In this document: piece by piece, positions 1 through 7,797 of the stretch
Layout of the letters: each line of letters starts with the position of its first letter
How positions within the stretch are numbered: position 1 is the stretch's first letter
DNA from: an uncultured Clostridia bacterium
GTDB taxonomy: Bacteria; Bacillota; Clostridia; Christensenellales; UBA3700
Assembly: GCA_947038565.1 (NCBI GenBank)
Contig: CAMQWP010000006.1
Span: 27,504 to 91,503, forward strand
Reading direction: 5' to 3'
DNA: 64,000 nucleotides
Notes under the pieces: model-generated
Seen by the model: the letters and a program-made list of their open reading frames with translations, nothing else
Databases searched by the model: none
What the model was told of the DNA's origin: nothing
Translations under genes and position numbers: made by a program

Positions 1-226
1 TACATGGGAGCGTGCTTTTAGTGAGTGCGGTGTCAAGATGGATGACTTTGTTGGCGAGTGGAGTGAGGATGAAGTATTGCCATGGGAGTTTATTGATCAT
101 GGCGTTACTCGTAAGTATTTGCTAGCTGAAAGGCATAAGGCTTATAGTGCATCATGTACTCCTGCTTGTACTAGTGGCGATTGTCGTAATTGCGGTGCAA
201 ACAAGTTAGGTAGGTGTTTTCAATGA
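1..226 (+). CDS. 3' end of a radical SAM protein (TIGR03960-like, usual partner of the downstream DUF2344 gene); 5' end lies outside the window
   Basis: The frame is open from position 2 to TGA at 224-226. The Cys-rich tail (...LPWEFIDHGVTRKYLLAERHKAY..CTSGDCRNCGANK) fits this family. Its stop overlaps the next start as ATGA. Confidence 0.55.
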   Translation, partial: TWERAFSECGVKMDDFVGEWSEDEVLPWEFIDHGVTRKYLLAERHKAYSASCTPACTSGDCRNCGANKLGRCFQ

Positions 227-888
227 AAGTAATAAAACATGTTAAGAAAGACAGTATATCGCTAGTTTCGCACATTGATACAATGCGAGTATTGCAAAGG
301 ACTCTAGTAAGAGGTAATATTAATGTTAAGTTTTCTGAAGGGTACAATCCTCATCCGATCACTTATACCTCTCATCCATTGCCGTTAGGCGTGCTTAGCA
401 CTTGTGAGTATTTTGTCCTTGCAAATGATGATATGACTACTGATGAAGTGCTAGAGAGATTTAATGACAGCGTTCCTGCGGGAATGAAAGCTGATTACTG
501 TGCTGATGTAGAGAAAAATCCTAATCTATGTGCAAAGGTCAATCTTTGCGAATATTTTGCTCCTACAACTTCAGCGATTAAGTATAAAAGTGAGCTAGAA
601 GAGTATGCTAATCTTGATACCTATGAGATAACTTTTGAATTCAAGGGTAATATGAAGACTCAAGATATCGCTCCGCTTATTGATGCGGTTCGCGTAACTG
701 AAGACGGCATGTACTTTACTATTTCGACGGGAAATCCAAACCTTCGACCAGATAGGTTGACTACGGATATGATGACAAAATATCCGCTAGAGATAGGAAG
801 TAACGAGATCAAAAGAGTTAATCAATTTATTAAGAATGATGATGGTATAATGACAGTAGATGAGTATATTTCATCGATTGCAAGATAA
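223..888 (+). CDS. DUF2344 / TIGR03936-type radical-SAM-linked protein
   Basis: The translation contains SHIDTMRVLQRTLVRGNINVKFSEGYNPHP, which is typical of DUF2344. The track ORF starts at GTG 214. ATG 223 gives a 4-nt ATGA overlap with the upstream radical SAM gene. It lies in the conserved position upstream of rng. Confidence 0.7.
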   Translation: MKVIKHVKKDSISLVSHIDTMRVLQRTLVRGNINVKFSEGYNPHPITYTSHPLPLGVLSTCEYFVLANDDMTTDEVLERFNDSVPAGMKADYCADVEKNPNLCAKVNLCEYFAPTTSAIKYKSELEEYANLDTYEITFEFKGNMKTQDIAPLIDAVRVTEDGMYFTISTGNPNLRPDRLTTDMMTKYPLEIGSNEIKRVNQFIKNDDGIMTVDEYISSIAR

Positions 889-949
889 TAGACGGCGTTA
901 TATGATAATATAGTATTTTGTTTCTAAAATACAATGTGAGGATAAATAA

Positions 950-2452
950 TTGATAAAAAATATTCTAATTGACACTAGCAATATAGGTACTAGAGTCTGC
1001 TCGGTCGAAGACGGGGTGCTTGAAGAGTTCTCTATAGAGCGTAATAGCGAAGAAAAATTAGTAGGCAATATCTACAAAGGCAAGGTCATGAATGTCTTAA
1101 AAGGTATGCAGGCTGCTTTTGTCGATATCGGTCTAGAGAAAAATGGGTTCTTGTATGGCGGTGATATGTGCGTGGACGGTAAACTTGTATCACATAATGG
1201 TACTAATGCACCAAAAGACTTGCCATTAAAGCCGGGTGATATCATACTTTGCCAAGTACTAAAAGAACAGTTTGGCAATAAAGGCCCGCGTCTTACTATG
1301 AATATTTCTATGCCCGGTAGAGTGCTTGTCATGGCTCCACTAGTAGATCACATCGCCTTATCGAGAAAAATTAAGGACGATGTATGTCGCGAGAGGCTGG
1401 ATGATTTAGTGTCTAGTAATAGGCATAATAATGCTGGTTATATAGTCAGGACTGAGGCTCAAGAAGCAAGTGATGAAGAGATAAAACTAGAGCTTGCTGA
1501 GTTGGGTGCTAGATGGGATCGTATCAATTATGATTTTGGGCATTGTTCATTGTTTACTAAACTTTATGGCGAAGACGAGCTTGCAGTGCGAGCTGTGCGT
1601 GATCTACTAAAGCACGATGTAGATAAAGTGATAGTAAATGATTTAGCCACTTTAGAGATGATAGAAAAAGAGTTCGCTTACCTATACGCGAAGTCTCCTG
1701 AGATGTTTGAGTATTACAGTGGATCAGATTCTTTGGTCAATCATTATGGATTAAATCCACAAATTGATAAGCTACTTCACAGACAAGTTATTATGTCGAA
1801 TGGTTCATATTTAGTAATAGATAGGACTGAGGCACTTACGGTTATTGATGTAAATACTGGTAAGTACGTCGGTGAGAAAAATCTAGAGGATACAGTATTT
1901 ATAACAAATAAAATAGCCGCTAAAGAGATTGCAAGACAGATAAGACTTCGTAACCTTGGTGGTATAATAATAGTTGATTTTATAGACATGATAGACGAAG
2001 ATCATAAGACGGAAGTGCTTGACTTGCTTGAGCGAGAGATGGCTCGTGATAGGCTTAAGTGTACTCTAGTCGGCATGAGTGGTTTAGGGCTTGTTCAGAT
2101 TACCCGAAAAAAAATGCGAAGTATGCTTGACGAGATGTTATTACAGCCTTGTCCGTACTGCGAAGGAAACTCGTTCGTGCATGCTATAGAGCATGTTGTG
2201 ACAAGGATAAGAGATTACCTTTTTGAGATATTTAAAGATGATAGCATTGTTGCTGTTAAGTTGGTAGTAAATCCGAACGTATATAGCAAACTCTTTACGC
2301 TAAAAATGCTAGAGAAAGAGATACGAGAGGACTGGAAGTACGTACGAATATATATAATGCCTGATCCATTATGCCACATAGAGAAGTTTGATTGCGAGAG
2401 ATTTCGTACTAGTATTATATCTCTGCCAGACAATGCAAAGCTACTTTACTAG
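950..2452 (+). CDS. rng: Rne/Rng family ribonuclease (RNase G-like)
   Basis: 500 aa with a TTG start after a GAGGA Shine-Dalgarno site. It has an S1-like segment (GNIYKGKVMNVLKGMQAAFVDIG), the catalytic core LVIDRTEALTVIDVNTGK, and a CPYCEG zinc-link-like motif. Confidence 0.85.
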   Translation: MIKNILIDTSNIGTRVCSVEDGVLEEFSIERNSEEKLVGNIYKGKVMNVLKGMQAAFVDIGLEKNGFLYGGDMCVDGKLVSHNGTNAPKDLPLKPGDIILCQVLKEQFGNKGPRLTMNISMPGRVLVMAPLVDHIALSRKIKDDVCRERLDDLVSSNRHNNAGYIVRTEAQEASDEEIKLELAELGARWDRINYDFGHCSLFTKLYGEDELAVRAVRDLLKHDVDKVIVNDLATLEMIEKEFAYLYAKSPEMFEYYSGSDSLVNHYGLNPQIDKLLHRQVIMSNGSYLVIDRTEALTVIDVNTGKYVGEKNLEDTVFITNKIAAKEIARQIRLRNLGGIIIVDFIDMIDEDHKTEVLDLLEREMARDRLKCTLVGMSGLGLVQITRKKMRSMLDEMLLQPCPYCEGNSFVHAIEHVVTRIRDYLFEIFKDDSIVAVKLVVNPNVYSKLFTLKMLEKEIREDWKYVRIYIMPDPLCHIEKFDCERFRTSIISLPDNAKLLY

Positions 2453-2589
2453 AGTATAATATAGTATGGCTTATATTATATAAATATAGTGCAATTTGAT
2501 TATTACACATGCATGGTTGTTAAATGTTGTTAAAATATAGTAATTAATGACTATTTTGTATCTTTATTTGTAAAAGGTGCTAAAATCAT

Positions 2590-2617
2590 TTGACAAATTC
2601 GACTATATGTGATAATT
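2590..2617 (+). promoter_or_regulatory. Candidate sigma-A promoter of the rplU operon
   Basis: TTGACA at 2590-2595, followed by TGtGATAAT(T) at 2608-2617. Depending on the hexamer chosen, the spacer is 15-17 nt. Confidence 0.4.
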
Positions 2618-2619
2618 TA

Positions 2620-2699
2620 GTTATAGCCGCTTAATAAGGGTTCAAAGAGCAAGAGATTGCCACCTGACTTAGCGAGACTGGTGAGAGGAGGTAAGTTTT
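2620..2699 (+). promoter_or_regulatory. Possible ribosomal protein L21 leader (5' UTR of rplU-prp-rpmA)
   Basis: About 80 nt of noticeably GC-richer sequence (gccgcttaataagggttcaaagagcaagagattgccacctgacttagcgagactggtgagaggagg) lies between the promoter and the rplU ATG. Low-GC Gram-positives carry an L21 leader at this position. I did not fold it or align it to a covariance model. Confidence 0.3.
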
Positions 2700-3005
2700 A
2701 TGTACGCAATAGTATTAACTGGTGGTAAGCAATATAAGGTAGAAAGAAATTCTATCATAAAAGTTGAGAAACTAAATGTTAATGTTGGTGACAGTATCGA
2801 TCTTGAAGTTCTAATGATTTCTGAAGGCGGTAATGTACTAATTGGTGCTGATGTAGCAAAGTCAGTTGTTAAAGCAGAGGTTTTAGCACAAGACAAGGCT
2901 AGAAAAATCAACATCTTTAAGTATAAAGCAAAGAAGAATGTTAGAAAGCGTCAAGGTCATCGTCAACCATTTACTGCTATTAAAATTATAACTTTAGAGG
3001 CGTAA
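2700..3005 (+). CDS. rplU: 50S ribosomal protein L21
   Basis: The N-terminus MYAIVLTGGKQYKVE is characteristic, and the protein has a basic C-terminus. GGAGG Shine-Dalgarno site. Confidence 0.95.
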   Translation: MYAIVLTGGKQYKVERNSIIKVEKLNVNVGDSIDLEVLMISEGGNVLIGADVAKSVVKAEVLAQDKARKINIFKYKAKKNVRKRQGHRQPFTAIKIITLEA

Positions 3006-3010
3006 TTTTA

Positions 3011-3340
3011 ATGACTAAGATTAGAGTAGTAAAGCAAAACAATAGCATTGCCGAAGTGATATGTGATGGACACACTGGTTATGGTGTAGAAGGCGAGGAT
3101 ATCGTCTGTGCGGGGTTGTCTTGTATTATTCAGACTGCGATACTTGGGTTACTTAAGGTAGCAAAAGTAAAGTTGGACATGGATAGACGTGATAATGATG
3201 GTTATATCAGGTTCAAATTACCTGAGAATATGCCTGATAGTACTCGTACAGCAGTAGATATCATTCTCGATACTATGCTACTAGGAGTCGCAGATCTTCA
3301 TTTAGGATATAAAGATTTCATTGAATTGGAGGTACAATAG
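3011..3340 (+). CDS. prp: Ribosomal-processing cysteine protease Prp (YsxB family)
   Basis: 109 aa, located between rplU and rpmA. It has the His/Cys dyad context DGHTGYG...[10 protein letters not shown]. Confidence 0.9.
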   Translation: MTKIRVVKQNNSIAEVICDGHTGYGVEGEDIVCAGLSCIIQTAILGLLKVAKVKLDMDRRDNDGYIRFKLPENMPDSTRTAVDIILDTMLLGVADLHLGYKDFIELEVQ

Positions 3341-3341
3341 T

Positions 3342-3632
3342 ATGTTTATTAATATACAGTTATTCGCCCACAAGAAAGGTGTTGGTAGTTCAAGGAATGG
3401 CCGTGACAGTGCGTCTCAGAGATTAGGCGTAAAACGTTCGGATGGTCAATTCGTTTTAGCTGGTAATATACTAGTTAGACAAAGAGGTACTAAATTCCAC
3501 CCAGGCAAAAGTGTAGGTATCGGTAAAGATGATACATTATTTGCATTAATTAGTGGTATAGTTAAGTTTGAGAGAAAAGGTAAGTTCAATAAGCAGGTTT
3601 CTGTTTATGCTACTGAAGAAACAAACGCATAA
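3342..3632 (+). CDS. rpmA: 50S ribosomal protein L27, with an N-terminal propeptide
   Basis: ATG 3342 gives MFINIQLFA|[14 protein letters not shown]. The extension before HKKG is the type of propeptide removed by Prp. The track ORF start at TTG 3321 is probably too early. Confidence 0.95.
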   Translation: MFINIQLFAHKKGVGSSRNGRDSASQRLGVKRSDGQFVLAGNILVRQRGTKFHPGKSVGIGKDDTLFALISGIVKFERKGKFNKQVSVYATEETNA

Positions 3633-3649
3633 TAATAAAAAGCATTTAT

Positions 3650-3677
3650 GCACTTGTCTTAGGACAAGTGCTTTTTT
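3650..3677 (+). terminator. Rho-independent terminator after rpmA
   Basis: GCACTTGTC-ttag-GACAAGTGC, followed by T6. Confidence 0.85.
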
Positions 3678-3761
3678 ATGCTCAAAATCCACCTTATGTC
3701 ATTATTTTATACATACTTATCTAGTCACTTGCATATATTATATAATATTTAGGAGGTAGAT

Positions 3762-4676
3762 ATGAGGCTTATAGTTATAAAAGGTGACATTACAGGCAGT
3801 ATAATGGTGGGTAAAACTAATAGGATTAGACTGTGTAAAAAAATTGTGAATGGTGAGATAATCCTAGCAAATGAAAATGATATAAGCATGTATCCTATCT
3901 CTGGTGACAGCTTAGAAGTAGCGGTTACTATTGATGTGGATAGGTGTATGATTATGGATAAGTCAGGTCATATGATCGGTTACGGTTCTTCGGTAGGAGG
4001 AGTAGATAGGAAGGCTATGCTAGAGGCATATTATGAAATAAAAAAGGCTTCCTCGCGTGCAAAAGTATCGGTAAGTTCTAGCACGGAATTACATAACAAT
4101 ATCGTCGAAAGCGAGGGTTTGTCAGTTAAGCCTAAGCATGATAGTGCAAAAACTAAATTGCAAGATGGCTCTACGGGTAATGAACATAAAACACCGATTG
4201 ATCAATCCGCAATAATTGATCATAACAAAATGAGTGTAAGTAATACCAAATTACGAGAGGGCATACTGATTGGTGTCGATGAGGGTGAGGAGCGAGCGGT
4301 GAATTTTGCTAGTGATGTCATGCAAGACAGTGGTATAGATATTCACGTTAGTTCTAAGTTTTATAATAGCATTCATAATGATATAGACAAATTATTTGAT
4401 GAGTATCCGCATAATATTGAGCTAGAAAATATAGTATTCGACTCTACTTGGGTGGATATAGATAGCGGAACGGACAGTGAGTATGCAGTAGGCGTGATCA
4501 GAGATGAGGGTGTAGTATCGTTAATAGTTTACGCTGTTCCAAAGAATGAGTACATCGAACGTGCTGAGTTTGCAAATTGTTATGAGTGGTTGCCTATTGA
4601 TAAGGATAATAGGCAAGGCAAAGGGTATTATGTATCCTATCAAGACGCAAAAACAGGTGAAATGTTACATAGTTAA
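3762..4676 (+). CDS. Hypothetical protein, 304 aa (unrecognised; soluble, three-part architecture)
   Basis: AGGAGG Shine-Dalgarno site 6 nt before the ATG. The frame is clean and followed by a terminator. No signal peptide or TM segment is visible. A Ser/Lys/Asn-rich middle linker separates the two ends, and the C-terminal module ends ...VYAVPKNEY..YEWLPIDKDNRQGKGYYVSYQDAKTGEML. Confidence 0.6.
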   Translation: MRLIVIKGDITGSIMVGKTNRIRLCKKIVNGEIILANENDISMYPISGDSLEVAVTIDVDRCMIMDKSGHMIGYGSSVGGVDRKAMLEAYYEIKKASSRAKVSVSSSTELHNNIVESEGLSVKPKHDSAKTKLQDGSTGNEHKTPIDQSAIIDHNKMSVSNTKLREGILIGVDEGEERAVNFASDVMQDSGIDIHVSSKFYNSIHNDIDKLFDEYPHNIELENIVFDSTWVDIDSGTDSEYAVGVIRDEGVVSLIVYAVPKNEYIERAEFANCYEWLPIDKDNRQGKGYYVSYQDAKTGEMLHS

Positions 4677-4698
4677 TCGGAATTAAATAGTATAATAA

Positions 4699-4729
4699 AT
4701 GCCCACGCATAATATCTTTGCGTGGGCAT
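4699..4729. terminator. Bidirectional hairpin terminator between convergent genes
   Basis: ATGCCCACGC, an 11-nt loop, then GCGTGGGCAT. It is flanked by A/T-rich runs on both sides. Confidence 0.6.
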
Positions 4730-4797
4730 TTAGATTTGTATGACGTCAATATGCACTATGTTATTAATGTATATATGGTCACTTGCATTTTGTTGTC

Positions 4798-4929
4798 TTA
4801 TAGATCGTCAGCGTCTTGTGTAGGCATTCCGCCATCAGCAGCAGTGCCAGTATAGCTACCGCTTGGATCAAAAGAGTTTTCACGATACGCATTTATCGTC
4901 TTGGATACATCTATTTTCTTAGCCTTCAT
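4798..4929 (-). CDS. Small ORF below the track cutoff, 43 aa: MKAKKIDVSKTINAYRENSFDPSGSYTGTAADGGMPTQDADDL
   Basis: Translated by hand from the minus strand. AGAGGTG Shine-Dalgarno site 4-5 nt before the ATG (complement of 4927-4929), with stop TAA (complement of 4798-4800). A consensus promoter lies upstream and a hairpin terminator downstream. The product is hydrophilic with an acidic tail. Confidence 0.45.
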   Translation of the reverse strand: MKAKKIDVSKTINAYRENSFDPSGSYTGTAADGGMPTQDADDL

Positions 4930-4966
4930 AATTCACCTCTTGTAGTTAGTATAACGTTGCATTTGG

Positions 4967-4995
4967 ATTATATACTTAATTTGACAATATTTCAA
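4967..4995 (-). promoter_or_regulatory. Sigma-A consensus promoter driving the 43-aa ORF
   Basis: On the minus strand: TTGAAA (4995-4990), a 17-nt spacer, then TATAAT (4972-4967). A second, overlapping motif is GTATA (4975-4971), 17 nt, TATACTA (4953-4947), which resembles forespore sigma-G/F promoters. Confidence 0.5.
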
Positions 4996-5063
4996 GTAAA
5001 GTTATTGATTTATTATTGTATTTTCAGCTTGTTTGTGATAAAATGATATTATAAAGGAGTAAT

Positions 5064-6260
5064 ATGTACTTTAGCTTTAAACTGATGATAAGAGAAATAA
5101 AACGTAATAAATCGAAAGTTTGTATTGCGATAGTTGTCGCGCTCATATTGTTTATGAGTGCTTTTACGCTATGCAATGTTGCGAGTGCACTTCCTGATAA
5201 CTTCTATAATTATTATCAGGAATATTTTCCTGAGACTATAGGCATAAAAGTGCATAATGCTGATAAGCAGTTATACGACGCTAAGGATAATTACTTTATA
5301 GATACGACTGTCGGTTGGGACGAGGTTTATGATGGTGTTATGCTAGAAAACACTGCTCGTGATAAGAGTGTAATGCCGAGTATTATCGAGGAAGATGGAG
5401 ATAATATAAGTATTCAAATTCTAGATACTAATATAATCAATGTGCTAGAAGAAGATATGTTTGTAGATGAGATGAAAGACGTCATAATAGGCGGTGGTAG
5501 TGTTTGGAATACTGATCAATCTACCCTAGGTATATGGATTTCTGATTATGTAGCTGATGGACTTGGTGTGTCGGCTGGAGATGATGTAATATACACAATA
5601 AATCAAAAAACTTTGCAAGTGCCAGTCGTCGGTGTTATTAATAATGAATTGTTCTGTGAACTCACTGATAAAGATCCAGTGTATGCTTTTATGCACACAG
5701 AGCAAGCTAAACAAATACTTTTCGACTTCGATATGAGCTTTTTTATGTACGGTAATGTCGAGAAAGTAGATGATATATTTAGTGTATATAACTCACTTAG
5801 TGATAATTATAGTATGAGCGATAGTGTCGCGATGGATATGGTTTCTAAGGTCAAAAATGCAGAAATTATCTGCGGTATTATAGGCGGTATCATGCTTATA
5901 GGCGGTATCGTTATATTGCTTAATTTCATAAGCATGTTTGTGTCAAGCAATATAAAACATATCGGCGTAATGCGAATGCTCGGGGCGAAAACTAAAAATA
6001 TTACGTTAGCTTACTACATGATTTTTATAGCTATTGTTACTATAGTTAGCCTTGTTAGTTGGAGTATGTTGCCTCTTTATAATTTTATTGTATCCACTTA
6101 TTGTTCTAGTATTGGTTATCCTTTTACTATAGGCATAAATTATGGGCTTGTGTTTGGGTTATTTGCAGTAGTGTATATTCTAGTTACTGGAGTAATGCTT
6201 ATCAAAGGGCATATGATGAATAAAATGTCTCCTAATCAAGTGTTGCAGGAGGATGATTAA
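5064..6260 (+). CDS. FtsX/MacB-type ABC transporter permease (4 TM with a large extracytoplasmic loop)
   Basis: N-terminal TM after MIREIKRNKSK, then a loop of about 220 aa containing ...GIWISDYVADGLGVSAGDDVIY...VPVVGVINN. The C-terminal FtsX module includes HIGVMRMLGAKTKNI plus 3 TM segments. Confidence 0.8.
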   Translation: MYFSFKLMIREIKRNKSKVCIAIVVALILFMSAFTLCNVASALPDNFYNYYQEYFPETIGIKVHNADKQLYDAKDNYFIDTTVGWDEVYDGVMLENTARDKSVMPSIIEEDGDNISIQILDTNIINVLEEDMFVDEMKDVIIGGGSVWNTDQSTLGIWISDYVADGLGVSAGDDVIYTINQKTLQVPVVGVINNELFCELTDKDPVYAFMHTEQAKQILFDFDMSFFMYGNVEKVDDIFSVYNSLSDNYSMSDSVAMDMVSKVKNAEIICGIIGGIMLIGGIVILLNFISMFVSSNIKHIGVMRMLGAKTKNITLAYYMIFIAIVTIVSLVSWSMLPLYNFIVSTYCSSIGYPFTIGINYGLVFGLFAVVYILVTGVMLIKGHMMNKMSPNQVLQEDD

Positions 6261-6261
6261 T

Positions 6262-7563
6262 ATGCGTTTAGCTTTAAAAAACCTGCTTGCTCGTAAGATA
6301 TCTACTTTAAAAGTGCTTATATCTTTGATCATAATGGTAGTAATCATGTGTGTTTTTACTTCTTATTCGATAGCTCTTTCTGGCGAGTCGTCTAAGGTCA
6401 TCGGCGCATATAGAGCAGGTCACTATTTAAATGCCACTACTGATTATAGTTTAAGTGACGAGAAATTACAAGACCTTCATAGCATTAAAGGCGTTGGAGA
6501 TATCAAGAGGAAAGGTGTGTATGACCACGATGGTAATCTTCGTAACATGCAGTTTTCAATTGACAATTATAGTTTTCATTGTAACCATTTCGTATATGAT
6601 AATGAAGATAATGCCGGTAACAACACTAATATTAACTTACTACACTCTGGAAACATTGGGTTTGTAGATAGCAATGTAGATTTAATATCCATTAATGAGG
6701 TGCTAGAGCATGAGTATAGATGGAATGATTTGAGTCTAGTATATGCTGGTGCAGGTAGGCTTAAGGATAATGAAATTATAGTCAGCGAGTACTTTCTAAG
6801 CGAATTTGGTTTGGGTGCTGACATAGTCGGTAAAGGCTTAGATATCAGTATCGGAGATGGCGTAAATGCACAGCATTTTAATGACATGATTATCGTTGGA
6901 ATATTATCTAGCCAGTATTATGAGCTAACTGGATTTAATAGAGAAAATATAATAACTAGCTTTAACAGTGACTTATACAAAGCAGTTTCAAAAGATGTAA
7001 AGTACGATACTATTGTGTATATTGATGATTACATGTCTGTCAAAAACATAGGCGAAAGCATGGTAAGTAAAGGCTATTTTAAGATAAAAGCGGGCAGTGA
7101 GTATGGACTGCTGATGGCAACTACTGTTACTATTATAAGTACCGTTTTGACTGGAGTTATGGCAACTGTTGGTGCAGGTATTTTAGGTGCTATCATACTG
7201 AATATGGTATTTAGTATGCGTTATATGATATTAAAAAAAGCGGATTTTTATGGTATCATCAGTGCGTACGGTACAAAGAATCAGGGTATATTCAATATAT
7301 TATTTTTCGAGATGTTTTATATAGCATCCATAGCGGGGGTACTTGCATATTCGCTAAGTTATGGTATCGTGTTCCTGCTCGATTATATACTGTCATTTAT
7401 GCTAGGGGTGGGAGTAATATTCTCTATAGCAAATTTCCTTATAACATTTGCAGTTGCATTCCTTTTCAGTCTGGTAGTGATACTAGGCGTCACTATAGTG
7501 AATTATGTAGCGTTTACTCGTAAAAACACAATGAAAATGCTCGGAAGAACGCTCGGAAGCTAA
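6262..7563 (+). CDS. Second FtsX/MacB-type ABC transporter permease
   Basis: MRLALKNLLARKISTLK followed by a TM, an extracytoplasmic loop with NEIIVSEYFLSEFGLGADIVGKGLDI...IIVGIL, and a C-terminal 3-TM FtsX module. The track start at 6253 overlaps the upstream gene. ATG 6262 is better spaced from AGGAGG at 6247-6252. Confidence 0.8.
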   Translation: MRLALKNLLARKISTLKVLISLIIMVVIMCVFTSYSIALSGESSKVIGAYRAGHYLNATTDYSLSDEKLQDLHSIKGVGDIKRKGVYDHDGNLRNMQFSIDNYSFHCNHFVYDNEDNAGNNTNINLLHSGNIGFVDSNVDLISINEVLEHEYRWNDLSLVYAGAGRLKDNEIIVSEYFLSEFGLGADIVGKGLDISIGDGVNAQHFNDMIIVGILSSQYYELTGFNRENIITSFNSDLYKAVSKDVKYDTIVYIDDYMSVKNIGESMVSKGYFKIKAGSEYGLLMATTVTIISTVLTGVMATVGAGILGAIILNMVFSMRYMILKKADFYGIISAYGTKNQGIFNILFFEMFYIASIAGVLAYSLSYGIVFLLDYILSFMLGVGVIFSIANFLITFAVAFLFSLVVILGVTIVNYVAFTRKNTMKMLGRTLGS

Positions 7564-7594
7564 ATATTTATATATAACTATTAGTTATAAAAAT

Positions 7595-7624
7595 GCACTG
7601 ATTTTTAATAATCAGTGCTTTTTT
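7595..7624 (+). terminator. Rho-independent terminator after the permease pair
   Basis: GCACTGATT-ttttaat-AATCAGTGC, followed by T6. Confidence 0.85.
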
Positions 7625-7739
7625 AATTAACTTAGGGTTTATTTGTAAAAAAATGCACTATTTGTTTGCTTTTATTATAAAAATATATTATAATACATAT
7701 ATCAGTAACATTGGCATGATATTATATCATATTTATCAT

Positions 7740-7775
7740 GCAATATTTGCACTATATTGCGGTTTTAATTGCAAT
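7740..7775. promoter_or_regulatory. Candidate LysR-type operator dyads
   Basis: A perfect interrupted palindrome, GCAATAT-N7-ATATTGC, at 7740-7760, plus the palindrome ATTGCAAT at 7768-7775. Both lie 25-60 nt upstream of the LysR start codon. Confidence 0.3.
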
Positions 7776-7797
7776 ACATGGATCATCGGAGGTTCAA

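Noticed and set aside
3711-3740. Sigma-K-like promoter (AC ... CATATATTA) upstream of the orphan 304-aa gene
   Set aside because: The AC-to-CATA spacing is 15 nt rather than the usual 16-17, and such A/T-rich motifs arise easily by chance in this genome. It is mentioned only as a hint, not called as a feature.
4798-4929. Reading the 43-aa peptide as a double-glycine-leader bacteriocin exported by the adjacent FtsX-type permeases
   Set aside because: The GG occurs at residues 33-34, leaving only a 9-aa acidic core with no Cys, Ser/Thr pattern or hydrophobic core. No C39 peptidase-ABC exporter or modification enzymes are nearby, and FtsX-type permeases are not the usual bacteriocin exporters.
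3568-5046. Track ORFs 3568-3759 (63 aa) and 4816-5046 (76 aa)
   Set aside because: The first overlaps the 3' end of rpmA and runs through its terminator. The second is the antisense shadow of the better-supported 43-aa minus-strand ORF and its promoter region. Neither has a Shine-Dalgarno site.
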